Translations under genes and position numbers: made by a program
In this document: positions 1 through 8,793 of the stretch, one piece after another
How the letters are laid out: the number at the start of each line of letters is the position of its first letter
How positions within the stretch are numbered: the stretch's first letter is position 1
Notes under the pieces: generated by a model
The model's database searches: none
What the model saw: only the letters and a program-made list of their open reading frames with translations
What the model was told of the DNA's origin: nothing
Origin: Trueperaceae bacterium
GTDB lineage: Bacteria; Deinococcota; Deinococci; Deinococcales; Trueperaceae
Assembly (NCBI GenBank): GCA_034520945.1
Contig: JAXHNB010000005.1
Location: 160,001 to 224,000, forward strand
Direction of reading: 5' to 3'
Length of the DNA: 64,000 nt

Positions 1-203
1 TCCTGGCCGACGAGGATCACGCCGTGGCGAAGGCGTATGGCGTGTACGGCGAGAAGGTTCGTGACGGCCAGACGCGGATGGGCATCATCCGCTCGACCTT
101 CGTCATCGACCCAGATGGCGTCGTTCGTAAGGCGTTCTACGGCGTGGAGGCCGGCGGGCACGCCGCCGACGTCGCCGAGGCGCTGCGCGTGCTGAGGAGC
201 TGA
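1..203 (+). CDS. bcp: Peroxiredoxin BCP/PrxQ, C-terminal part (5' truncated by window)
   Basis: Manual translation LADEDHAVAKAYGVYGEK...MGIIRSTFVIDPDGVVRKAF...GHAADV, stop TGA at 201-203; typical BCP C-terminus. Confidence 0.85.
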   Translation, partial: LADEDHAVAKAYGVYGEKVRDGQTRMGIIRSTFVIDPDGVVRKAFYGVEAGGHAADVAEALRVLRS

Positions 204-236
204 CGCGCGCACGCGACGGGGCCGCTCGCATTGGTT

Positions 237-1421
237 CTAGACGTTGACGAGGAGGGCGGTGGCGTACATCACAACCAGGCCCGTTGCGAACCCTGCCAGG
301 CTGGTGGTGGAGAGCCAGGCGCCCTCGCCGCCGTGCTCACGGGCGGTGCGTGCCAGGTAGGTTCCGACCTCGACGATGACCTGGAGGATGGCGCCCGCGC
401 CGACGGCCAGGAACAGCGCGGCCCAGTGGGGGGCGTACGCGAACGCGCCCGTCCAGGTTCCCACCACCGCCGGCAGCCCCGCCAACGCGGCCAGGCCCAC
501 GAAGGTGAGCAGCGGTGGCCGGCGCTTCACCAGCGGCGAGGCGAGTGCGATTCCTTCGGTGATGTTGTGCAGCGTGAAGCCGACCACCAAGAAGGAACCG
601 AGGGCGGCCGCGCCGGTGGCGAAGGCCGCGCCGATCGCGAGGCCCTCGCCGAGGTTGTGGAGGCCGATGCCCAGCGCGAGATAGCCGGCCAGCGCCACCC
701 CCTCCGGCGCCCGCCCGCGGCGGCGTCCCAATGCGAGCAGCACCAGGAACGCCGTCACCGCAGCCAGCGACACCAGCGCGGTCCCTTGGAACGCGCCAGC
801 GGCGCCCGCGGACAACTCGAAGCCCTCCTCCAACGTGTCGACCAGGAGAAACGCCAGCAAGCCGACGGTCAGCGCCAGCAGGAACTGCAGGCCGCGGCGC
901 CCCAGCGTGCGCAGGTACGGAAAGAACAGCAACCCTAGCCCCACGGGCACGACCCCTACGTAGATCCCCAGCAGCGCGTACGCCAGGATGCGGCCCAGGG
1001 ATGCCTGGGGTGTGGGGACGGCGACCTCGATCTCGTGTTCGAAGGTGACGCCGGTGTCGGTCAGGAACGTGACGGTGTGGGCTTCGTCCTGCACCCAGGG
1101 GTAGGGGACGTGCACCCAGGCGGACTGCAAGCGTGCCAGCTCCCCGGCAGGCTCCTGCGTGTACGACCAGTAGGCGCCGTCGACCAGCACCTGCGCGATC
1201 TGGACGGGTTCAGAACCGTCGGCGCGGACCCGCAGCGAGATGCCACCTTCGTCGAGGACGGTACGTTCGACGGTGAGTTCTTCGATGGGCGGCGCCGACA
1301 CGCCCAGCGGGGCGAGCGGGTCGGTCGCCAGGAACCCCCAGATCAGGAGCGCGAGGATCGCCAGTGGGACGAGCGCCCACAGGATCGCGAAGCGCTGTCG
1401 TGCGTTCGGTGCCGCCCGCAT
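237..1421 (-). CDS. ZIP family divalent metal transporter with N-terminal extracytoplasmic domain
   Basis: Motifs GIGLHNLGEGLAIG and GFTLHNITEG; several TM segments; ATG at 1421 lies 2 nt after the MCO stop. Confidence 0.9.
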   Translation of the reverse strand: MRAAPNARQRFAILWALVPLAILALLIWGFLATDPLAPLGVSAPPIEELTVERTVLDEGGISLRVRADGSEPVQIAQVLVDGAYWSYTQEPAGELARLQSAWVHVPYPWVQDEAHTVTFLTDTGVTFEHEIEVAVPTPQASLGRILAYALLGIYVGVVPVGLGLLFFPYLRTLGRRGLQFLLALTVGLLAFLLVDTLEEGFELSAGAAGAFQGTALVSLAAVTAFLVLLALGRRRGRAPEGVALAGYLALGIGLHNLGEGLAIGAAFATGAAALGSFLVVGFTLHNITEGIALASPLVKRRPPLLTFVGLAALAGLPAVVGTWTGAFAYAPHWAALFLAVGAGAILQVIVEVGTYLARTAREHGGEGAWLSTTSLAGFATGLVVMYATALLVNV

Positions 1422-1423
1422 CG

Positions 1424-2524
1424 CTACGCCACCACCTCGAAGAAGCTCATCCACCCGAGCTCCGCGAACTCGGACTGGTGGGCGTGGAACATGTAGAGGC
1501 CCGGTTCGAATCCGTCGAAGTCGAACTCGACGATGCCGCGTTGCGCCTGGCACTGCATGACGGTGTCGACCGTGCTCAGGGTCGGGGTGAGTGTGGTGCC
1601 GTGATCGTAGTAGTCGAAGAAGTTAGCGTGCAGGTGAAACGAGTTGATCGGGTCGAACTCGGTCAGGTTGCTCAGGTAGATGCGGACCGGCCGGTCCCGC
1701 TCGATGCGAATCGGCCGGTTCATGTAGGCATGGGCGATGGAGTTGGCGGCGTAGACCTCGTTCTCGTCGTCGAAGTTGGTGTCGAAACCGTTCATGACCA
1801 TGACCATCTCCTGCCAGCGGTCGTTTTCTGGGGTACCGAGCAGACGGCTGCGGGCGACGTCGGTCGCCTCCGGGTGGCGTTCGGGATCGGGGTCGACGAT
1901 GAACGCCCCGTACAACCCCTTGTGAATGTGGCGCTTCAACGGCGTGGCGTGGCAGTGGTACAGGTGCGAACCGAAGGGGAAGGCGTCGAACTCATAGGTG
2001 AACGAGTCGCCGGGGTGGATCATGCCGACCCCGACGCCGGGGACGCCGTCCATGCTGGCGGCATGAATGCCGTGGAAGTGGATGGTGTGGGCGTGGCTGC
2101 CTCCGTTCGTGAAGTGGACGCGCACGCGGTCGCCTTCCACCGCGCGCAGCGTCGGACCTGGAACGCGTCCCTGATACGTCCAGGCGGGGAAGAACAAGCC
2201 GGGTGCGATCTCGATCTCCTTGTCGATCGCGGTGATGTGGTACGTGCGCAGCGTGCGCCCGTCGTCGAGGGTCGACACCGTGCCCGAGTCCCAGTCGGTG
2301 AGGAGGTCGTGGGGATCGAAGCCGTTCCGGGCGTGGTCGACCTCGCCGACGGTCCGCATGCGGCCGTGGGCGCGCTCGCGGATCGGGTCGTCGCGTTCGG
2401 ATTGCGCCTCGTAGGGTTGGGCCGCGACGAAGGGCCGCGCCAATTGATGCAGGATGAAGCCGGCAGTTCCCGCGAGGCCGTTTCGCACGATCGCGCGTCG
2501 TACCGGGTCTGAGGGTCGTTTCAC
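1424..2524 (-). CDS. Two-domain multicopper oxidase, probably Tat-exported
   Basis: HTIHFH, YHCH...H....L, FHLH and FHAH copper motifs; RRAIV twin-Arg N-terminus; GTG start after GGGAGG RBS. Confidence 0.9.
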   Translation of the reverse strand: MKRPSDPVRRAIVRNGLAGTAGFILHQLARPFVAAQPYEAQSERDDPIRERAHGRMRTVGEVDHARNGFDPHDLLTDWDSGTVSTLDDGRTLRTYHITAIDKEIEIAPGLFFPAWTYQGRVPGPTLRAVEGDRVRVHFTNGGSHAHTIHFHGIHAASMDGVPGVGVGMIHPGDSFTYEFDAFPFGSHLYHCHATPLKRHIHKGLYGAFIVDPDPERHPEATDVARSRLLGTPENDRWQEMVMVMNGFDTNFDDENEVYAANSIAHAYMNRPIRIERDRPVRIYLSNLTEFDPINSFHLHANFFDYYDHGTTLTPTLSTVDTVMQCQAQRGIVEFDFDGFEPGLYMFHAHQSEFAELGWMSFFEVVA

Positions 2525-2602
2525 GGGCGTGCCTCCCTTTGGCACCCGGAGCAGGAGATTTCGGTGTGCCTCGTCGCTTACGTAGCTTGCCCCGGCGCAG
2601 AA

Positions 2603-2618
2603 ATTAGCCACACCTAAA
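2603..2618. promoter_or_regulatory. DtxR/MntR-family-like operator (TTAG-N6-CTAA)
   Basis: ATTAGCCACACCTAAA in an AT-rich patch overlapping the predicted start site of a metal-transport operon. Confidence 0.7.
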
Positions 2619-2622
2619 CAAA

Positions 2623-2651
2623 AGTATAGGGAGGGGCGGACGTCATGTCAA
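2623..2651 (-). promoter_or_regulatory. Sigma70-type promoter of MCO-ZIP operon
   Basis: Minus strand TTGACA (2651-2646), 17 nt, TATACT (2628-2623). Confidence 0.85.
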
Positions 2652-2732
2652 TGGTGCCGCGGGGAGCACGCATCGGGGCGCCGCGCGAGCGGGCCAGCCG
2701 TCCCGTGGCGGTGCCACGGTAGGATGCACAGC

Positions 2733-3326
2733 GTGTCCCACCCCCGCCCCACGGACGCTGCGCGCGTCGTATTGGCCAGCGCCAGCCCGCGCCGGCGCGA
2801 GTTGCTCGCCTCCCTCGGCGTCACGTTCGAGGTCGTCCGCCCCGCCGTCGATGAACACCCGCTGGCCGGCGAGGGACCCGCCGAGCTGGCCGTGCGCCTG
2901 GCCCGCGCCAAGGCGGCCGGCGCGGCGGAGGAGGCGCCGGCCGCGCTGGTGATCGCGGCGGACACCGTCGTGGCGCTGGGCGACGAGCCCCTCGGCAAGC
3001 CGCGCGACGCTGAGGAGAACCGCACCTACCTGCGGCGCCTGGCCGGCGTCCGACACGTGGTGGTGACCGGGCACTGCCTGCGCTTGGGAGGCCGCGAGGA
3101 GACGGTGGCGGTCCGGACCGCGGTGACGATGCGCGTCCTGAGCGAGGCGGAGATCGAGCTCTACCTGGCCAGCGGCGACGGCCTCGACAAGGCCGGCGGG
3201 TACGCCATCCAGAACGACGGAGGCGCGCTGGTGGGACGGATCGAGGGGTGCTACACCAACGTCGTCGGCCTCAGCCTGCCGGCGGTGGTGGAGGTGGCCG
3301 CCCGCCTGGGGGTTCCCCTTGTCTAG
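2733..3326 (+). CDS. maf: Maf family nucleotide pyrophosphatase
   Basis: LASASPRRRELL, IAADTVV, LGKP, DKAGGYAIQ, NVVGL; TAGGAT 7 nt before GTG 2733 (alternative ATG 2724). Confidence 0.95.
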   Translation: MSHPRPTDAARVVLASASPRRRELLASLGVTFEVVRPAVDEHPLAGEGPAELAVRLARAKAAGAAEEAPAALVIAADTVVALGDEPLGKPRDAEENRTYLRRLAGVRHVVVTGHCLRLGGREETVAVRTAVTMRVLSEAEIELYLASGDGLDKAGGYAIQNDGGALVGRIEGCYTNVVGLSLPAVVEVAARLGVPLV

Positions 3327-4101
3327 GTTCTTCCGGGCCTGGTACGCCTTCCTGGTGCTGGGCCTGCTGACGTTCGTCGGGACCGCGTTCATCGGGCAGG
3401 CGCCGACCGAGCTGGCCGCCACCGTGGCGCTGCCCCACCAGATCCCCTACCGCGCGGGCGTGTCGCTACGGACGGCGCTGGCGTCGATGGTGGACCGGCG
3501 GGAGCTGCGGAGCCGCAACGAGGCGCTCCGCGAGGAGCTGGCCGCCACCCGCGAGGAGCTGCGGTCGCTGGAGTTGGCGAACCAACGCCTGCGCGAGATC
3601 CTGGCCATCCAGAACGACCAGAGCCCCGGCGTGGTGCGTACCGCCCAGGTGATCGGCGGCAGCTCGGGCATCACCGTCGAACGGCTGACCCTGGGGGCCG
3701 GGTCGCGCGACGGGACCGAACGGAACATGCCGGTGACCGTGCCCGCCGGCCTGGTCGGGATCGTCACCGACGTGACGGCGCGCCGCGCCGTGGTGCGGAC
3801 GGTGCTCGACCCCGAGTCCCGCGTCGGCGTGACGGTGCGCGGCAAGGGCGGACAGGGCGTCGCGGTCGGCGAGATCGGCGGCCGGGTGCAGGTCGTCCGG
3901 TTCACGGAGAGCGAGCCGGTCGCGGTCGGCGACGTCGTCGAGACCAGCAGCTACGGCGGCCTGTTCCCGCGCGGCGTCCGTGTCGGCGTCGTGGAAGAGA
4001 TCGAGCCGCCGGACCCCAACGAGTTGCGGCGCAGCTTCAACGTTCGTCCCTCCGTCGACCTGTCGACGCTGCTGGAGGTGGCCTTGATCACCCCGCAGTG
4101 A
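3319..4101 (+). CDS. mreC: Rod shape-determining protein MreC
   Basis: N-terminal TM, coiled coil, GLVGIV and ETSSYGGLFPRGVRVG motifs; coupled to maf. Confidence 0.9.
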   Translation: MSRFFRAWYAFLVLGLLTFVGTAFIGQAPTELAATVALPHQIPYRAGVSLRTALASMVDRRELRSRNEALREELAATREELRSLELANQRLREILAIQNDQSPGVVRTAQVIGGSSGITVERLTLGAGSRDGTERNMPVTVPAGLVGIVTDVTARRAVVRTVLDPESRVGVTVRGKGGQGVAVGEIGGRVQVVRFTESEPVAVGDVVETSSYGGLFPRGVRVGVVEEIEPPDPNELRRSFNVRPSVDLSTLLEVALITPQ

Positions 4102-4139
4102 TCGCGGCCCCGTGCGTGGACGGGGCCCGGGCCCCCGCG

Positions 4140-6641
4140 CTACTTGACGACCAGGTTGACCAGCTTGCCCGGCACCACGATCTCGCGGACCAACGCGGCG
4201 TCCTCGAGGTAGCGCGTCACGTTCGGATCGGCCTTCGCCGCGGACAGCACCTCGGCCTCCTGGGCGTCGGCCGGCACGCGCACCTGGCCGCGCACCTTGC
4301 CGTTCACCTGGACCACCATGTCGATCTGCGTCCGGGCTAGCGCCTCCTCGTCCACCTCCGGCCAGGACGCGAGGTGGACGGAGCCGTCATGGCCGCTGCG
4401 GTGCCACAACTCCTCGGCGATGTGCGGCGCGATGGGGGCCAGCATGCGCAACAGCAGCGAGGTCGCCTCCCGCCAGGCGTCGTGCGCCACCAGCTCGCGC
4501 GTCTTCGCCTTCGACATCGCGTTCTGCAGCGTCATCAGCTCGGCGACGGCGGTGTTGAACCGGAACGCCTCCATGTCCTCGCTCACCTCGCGCACGGCGC
4601 GATGCGCGGCGCGACGCAGGTCGGCCACCCGCTCACTGCTGGCGTCGCCCGCCGCAGCGGGCTCCAGCACCAGCGCCCACACCCGGTGTAAGAAGCGCAC
4701 CACCCCCTCGATCCCCTGATAGCTCCACGGCCCGCCCTGGCTCCACGGGCCGATGAACATCAGGTAGGCCCGCACCGCGTCGGCGCCGTAGGTGGCCACC
4801 AGCTCGTCGGGATCGACGACGTTGCCGCGCCGCTTGGACATCTTCTCGCCGTCCTCGCCCAGGATCATGCCCTGGTTCCTCAGGCGCAGGAACGGCTCGC
4901 CGTGATCGACGAGGCCCAGGTCGCGGATCGCCTTGGTGAAGAAACGGGCGTACAGCAGGTGCAGAATGGCGTGCTCGATCCCACCGGTGTAGGTGTCCAC
5001 CGGCGTCCAGCGGCCGGCCAGATCGCGGTCGATCGGACCGTCCTCCTTGCCCGGCGCCAGGTAGCGGAACCAGTACCACGCCGAGTCCATGAAGGTGTCC
5101 ATGGTGTCCGTCTCGCGCCGGGCCGGCCCGCCGCACTGCGGGCAGGTGGCCGCCTGGAACGTCTCGTGATGCTTGAGCGGCGACTCGCCGGTCGGCATGA
5201 ACGCCACGTCCTCCGGCAGCAGCACCGGCAGGTTCTCTTCGCGCTCGGGCACGATGCCGCAGGCGTCGCAGTACAGCATCGGGATGGGGGTGCCCCAGTA
5301 GCGCTGGCGGCTGATCAGCCAGTCGCGCAGGCGGTAGGTGGTCTGGCCCCGGCCCAGGCCCTCGCGCTCGAGCCAGCGGATCACCTGTTCGATGCCGTCG
5401 CCCTCGCCGCCCTTGCCGGTGGGGGTGCCGCTCATTGGGCCGGAGTTCACCATCACGCCGTCCCCGGCGTACGCCTCGGTCATGGCGTCGCCGTCGACCG
5501 CCCCCTCGTCCTCCGGTCGCACGACGGGCACGATCTTCAGGCCGTGCGCGCGGGCGAAGGCGAAGTCGCGCTCGTCGTGCGCCGGCACGGCCATGATGGC
5601 GCCGCTGCCGTAGGTGACCAGCACGTAGTCGGCCACGTAGATCGGGATGCGCGCGTCGTTGACCGGGTTGATGGCGTAGGCGCCGGTGAACACGCCCGTC
5701 TTCTCACGCGTGTCGCTCTGACGGTCGATCTCGCTCATGCGGCCGGCCTGCGCGACGTACGCCTCGACCTGCGCGCGGCGGTCCGGGGCGGTGAGGCGGT
5801 CCACCAGCGGGTGTTCGGGCGCCAGCACCATGAACGTCGCGCCCCACAGCGTGTCCGGCCGGGTGGTGAACACGTCCAGGGCGTCCCCCGATTCCGTGCG
5901 GAAGGTCACCTCGGCCCCTTCGCTGCGGCCGATCCAGTTGGTCTGCATCGCCTTGACGCGCTCGGGCCAGTCGAGCCCTTCGAAGCTCAGCAGTTCGTCG
6001 GCGTAGGCGGTGATGCGGAAGTGCCACTGCGGCATGAGGCGGCGCTCCACCAGCGCGCCGCTGCGTTCGCCGCGCCCCTCGATCACCTGCTCGTTGGCCA
6101 GCACCGTCTGGTCGACCGGATCCCAGTTGACGTAGCTCTCCTTGCGGTAGGCCAGGCCCTTCTCGTACATCTTGACGAAGAACCACTGGTTCCAGCGGTA
6201 GTAGTCCGGCTCGCAGGTCGCGAGGGTGCGCGACCAGTCGAACATGGCGCCCATCTGCCGGAACTGCGTGGTCATGTACGTGATCCGCTCGCGGGTGAGG
6301 TGGGCGGGATGCACGTCACTGCCTTGCTGCGCCGCCTGGATGGCGGCGTTCTCGGCCGGAAGCCCGAAGGCGTCGAAGCCCATCGGAAAGAACACGTTCT
6401 TGCCGCGCATGCGCAGGTAGCGGGCGGCGGCGTCGGCCGGCGCCTCGGCGTACCAGTGACCCACGTGCAGGTTCCCCGAGGGGTAGGGGAACATGGTCAG
6501 GAAGTAGTGCTTCTCGCGCTGGGTGTCGTGAAGGTCGGCCCGGTACAGGCCGTGCTCTTCCCAGGTGCGTTGCCAGCGGGGCTCGATCTCCTGCGGGGCG
6601 TACGGCTCGGGGGGAGCGACCGTGCGGCTGCGGTCGGTCAT
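4140..6641 (-). CDS. leuS: Leucine--tRNA ligase
   Basis: MFPYPSGNLHVGH (HIGH), TTRPDT, KMSKR, VVQVNGKVR. Confidence 0.98.
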   Translation of the reverse strand: MTDRSRTVAPPEPYAPQEIEPRWQRTWEEHGLYRADLHDTQREKHYFLTMFPYPSGNLHVGHWYAEAPADAAARYLRMRGKNVFFPMGFDAFGLPAENAAIQAAQQGSDVHPAHLTRERITYMTTQFRQMGAMFDWSRTLATCEPDYYRWNQWFFVKMYEKGLAYRKESYVNWDPVDQTVLANEQVIEGRGERSGALVERRLMPQWHFRITAYADELLSFEGLDWPERVKAMQTNWIGRSEGAEVTFRTESGDALDVFTTRPDTLWGATFMVLAPEHPLVDRLTAPDRRAQVEAYVAQAGRMSEIDRQSDTREKTGVFTGAYAINPVNDARIPIYVADYVLVTYGSGAIMAVPAHDERDFAFARAHGLKIVPVVRPEDEGAVDGDAMTEAYAGDGVMVNSGPMSGTPTGKGGEGDGIEQVIRWLEREGLGRGQTTYRLRDWLISRQRYWGTPIPMLYCDACGIVPEREENLPVLLPEDVAFMPTGESPLKHHETFQAATCPQCGGPARRETDTMDTFMDSAWYWFRYLAPGKEDGPIDRDLAGRWTPVDTYTGGIEHAILHLLYARFFTKAIRDLGLVDHGEPFLRLRNQGMILGEDGEKMSKRRGNVVDPDELVATYGADAVRAYLMFIGPWSQGGPWSYQGIEGVVRFLHRVWALVLEPAAAGDASSERVADLRRAAHRAVREVSEDMEAFRFNTAVAELMTLQNAMSKAKTRELVAHDAWREATSLLLRMLAPIAPHIAEELWHRSGHDGSVHLASWPEVDEEALARTQIDMVVQVNGKVRGQVRVPADAQEAEVLSAAKADPNVTRYLEDAALVREIVVPGKLVNLVVK

Positions 6642-6719
6642 GCGGGTCCTCCTAGCGCGCGGGGGTCGCGCGGCGCGTGCGGCGGGGCAGCGGAGACGGG
6701 GTGCGCGGGGGCGCGTGCC

Positions 6720-6748
6720 AAGAAACGACCCCGACGAAGGTCGGGGCG
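6720..6748 (-). terminator. Intrinsic terminator (attenuator) in leuS 5' leader
   Basis: Minus strand CGCCCCGAC-CTTC-GTCGGGGTCG-TTTCTT, between the leader ORF and leuS. Confidence 0.7.
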
Positions 6749-6773
6749 CACGCGGGACACCGGCCGGCGAATC

Positions 6774-6824
6774 TCAGCGCAGGCGGGGTCCCGAACGGGG
6801 TAGTCGCCGCGTGCGAGGGTCCAT
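6774..6824 (-). CDS. Putative leaderless leuS leader peptide MDPRTRRLPRSGPRLR
   Basis: ATG 7 nt after the -10 box; Leu codons CTA (rare) and CTG; followed by terminator. Confidence 0.6.
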   Translation of the reverse strand: MDPRTRRLPRSGPRLR

Positions 6825-6831
6825 ACGGGCA

Positions 6832-6860
6832 ATCCTAGCGCCGGCCCCCAGGGGTGTCAA
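6832..6860 (-). promoter_or_regulatory. Sigma70-type promoter of leuS
   Basis: TTGACA (6860-6855), 17 nt, TAGGAT (6837-6832). Confidence 0.85.
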
Positions 6861-7249
6861 CGCGCGGCCCCGTCCGCGGCGCCCGTGCCCGCACCGCCCG
6901 TCTGGTCGCGTGCGTCGAGCGCGTCCCCGATCGCCGAGATCAGCCGGTGCACGTAGATGAGCGACCGCGTGTCCGGCTCGCGTTCCAGCACGATCCAGCG
7001 GCGCGCCTCGAAGTACAGGCAGGCGCGCAAACGGTCCAGGTCGTGGCCGAGCCACGCCGGGAGCTCGCCCGTACGTTGGAAGGCTCCGAGGGCACGGTTC
7101 GCCATCTCGCCGCAGAGCCGCATGCCGAACGCTTCGTACCCGTCGAATCGGTACGCCAACGCGACGACCTCCTCGAACGGGGCGCGGGGGCCGGGCAGGT
7201 CCTCGCGGCGCAGGGCGTGGTGCGGAAGCGGTGCGGGGCGCTCGGCCAT
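6857..7249 (-). CDS. Hypothetical protein (AYRFDGYE motif)
   Basis: Globular-looking 130 aa ORF; TAGCAT 7 nt before ATG 7249. Confidence 0.7.
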   Translation of the reverse strand: MAERPAPLPHHALRREDLPGPRAPFEEVVALAYRFDGYEAFGMRLCGEMANRALGAFQRTGELPAWLGHDLDRLRACLYFEARRWIVLEREPDTRSLIYVHRLISAIGDALDARDQTGGAGTGAADGAAR

Positions 7250-7370
7250 GCCGCCCATGCTACCGCCGGCGGACGCCGCCCCGGTCGTACCCTGGACGGG
7301 ACGTGGACGCGCGGCGGGTAGACTGGGGCGCGAACGCCAGGCAGGTCGCTCCTGCAGGGAAGGGACACAA

Positions 7371-8759
7371 GTGGACTACGAACTGATCATCATCGGCTCC
7401 GGTCCCGGCGGCTACCACGCGGCCATCCGTGCCGGCCAACTCGGGCTGCGGACCGCCGTGGTCGAGAAGGACGCGCTGGGCGGCGTGTGCCTGAACACCG
7501 GCTGCATCCCCACCAAGGCGCTGCTCCACGTGGCGCACGATCTTCGCGAGGCGGCCGCGGCGACGGCGTTCGGGATCGACTTCGGCACGCCCGACGTCGA
7601 CCTCGAACGGTTGGCGTCGTGGAAGGCCTCGGTCGTGAAGAAGATGACCGGCGGCGTCGGCCAACTGCTCAAGGGCAACAAGGTGGACGTGATCGAGGGC
7701 ACCGCGCGATTCGAAGGCCCGCACGAGCTCACCGTCGGGGACCGCACGGTGACGTTCGACAAGGCGATCGTGGCGACCGGATCGCGCTCCATCACCATCC
7801 CCGGCTTCGAACCGGACGGCGACGCCGTCGTCGACTCCACCGGCGCGCTGGACGTGCCGGAGATTCCCGGCCGCTTCATGGCGATCGGCGGCAGCGCCAT
7901 CGGCCTGGAGTTCGCCGACGTGTATCACGCCCTCGGCGCCGAGACCACCGTGGTCGAGATGATGGACGAGCTGGTCCCCACCGCCGACGCCGAGGTGGCC
8001 AAGGTGCTGCGCAAGAGCTTCGAGGCCCGCGGCGTCGATGTTCGCACCAGCAGCAAGGCCGTCCAGCAGGAACGGAAGGACGACGGCATCCACGTCACCA
8101 TCGAGGCTTCGGACGGTACGCGCGACACGGTCGTCGTCGACAAGCTCCTCGTGGCGATCGGGCGCCGGCCCAACGCCGAGGAGCTGGGCCTCGAGGAGAT
8201 CGGCGTGCGCCTCGATGACAAGGGCTACGTGCAGGTGAACGATCACATGCAAAGCACCCTCCCGCACGTGTACGCCATCGGCGACGTGGCCCGCCCGCCG
8301 CTGTTGGCCCACAAGGCCATGAAGGAGGGCCTGGTGGCCGCCGAGCACGCCGCGGGGCAGCCGGCCGCCTACGACACCCTGGTGCCGTCGGTGATCTACA
8401 CCGGTCCGGAGCTGGCCGCCGTCGGCATGACCGAAGCGGAGGCCGAAGAGGCCGGCTACCAGGTTCGGGTGGGGCGCTTCCCGCTGTCCGCGTCGGGCCG
8501 CGCCACCACGCTCGGCGTGAGCGAAGGGATCGTCAAGCTGGTCGGGGACGCCGAGACGGACGTGCTACTCGGGGCCCACATCGTCGGTCCCGGCGCAGGC
8601 GACCTGATCGCCGAAGCGGTCGTCGCGATGGAGATGGGCGCCACCCTCGAGGACGTCGCCCTCAGCCAGCACCCCCACCCGACGCTGTCCGAAGCGGTCA
8701 TGGAGGCGGCCGAGCACGCGCACGGCCGCGCCATCCACATCGCCAACAAGCGGCGCTGA
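7371..8759 (+). CDS. lpdA: Dihydrolipoyl dehydrogenase
   Basis: IIGSGPGG, GGVCLNTGCIPTK, HPHPTLSE. Confidence 0.97.
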   Translation: MDYELIIIGSGPGGYHAAIRAGQLGLRTAVVEKDALGGVCLNTGCIPTKALLHVAHDLREAAAATAFGIDFGTPDVDLERLASWKASVVKKMTGGVGQLLKGNKVDVIEGTARFEGPHELTVGDRTVTFDKAIVATGSRSITIPGFEPDGDAVVDSTGALDVPEIPGRFMAIGGSAIGLEFADVYHALGAETTVVEMMDELVPTADAEVAKVLRKSFEARGVDVRTSSKAVQQERKDDGIHVTIEASDGTRDTVVVDKLLVAIGRRPNAEELGLEEIGVRLDDKGYVQVNDHMQSTLPHVYAIGDVARPPLLAHKAMKEGLVAAEHAAGQPAAYDTLVPSVIYTGPELAAVGMTEAEAEEAGYQVRVGRFPLSASGRATTLGVSEGIVKLVGDAETDVLLGAHIVGPGAGDLIAEAVVAMEMGATLEDVALSQHPHPTLSEAVMEAAEHAHGRAIHIANKRR

Positions 8760-8793
8760 CGCCCCGTCGGGCGGCGTGCGCAGCGGCCTGCGC

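Noticed and set aside
6642..6830. T-box riboswitch upstream of leuS
   Set aside because: No T-box GGTGGnACCGCG bulge or stem I AG/GA motifs seen; a leader-peptide model fits better
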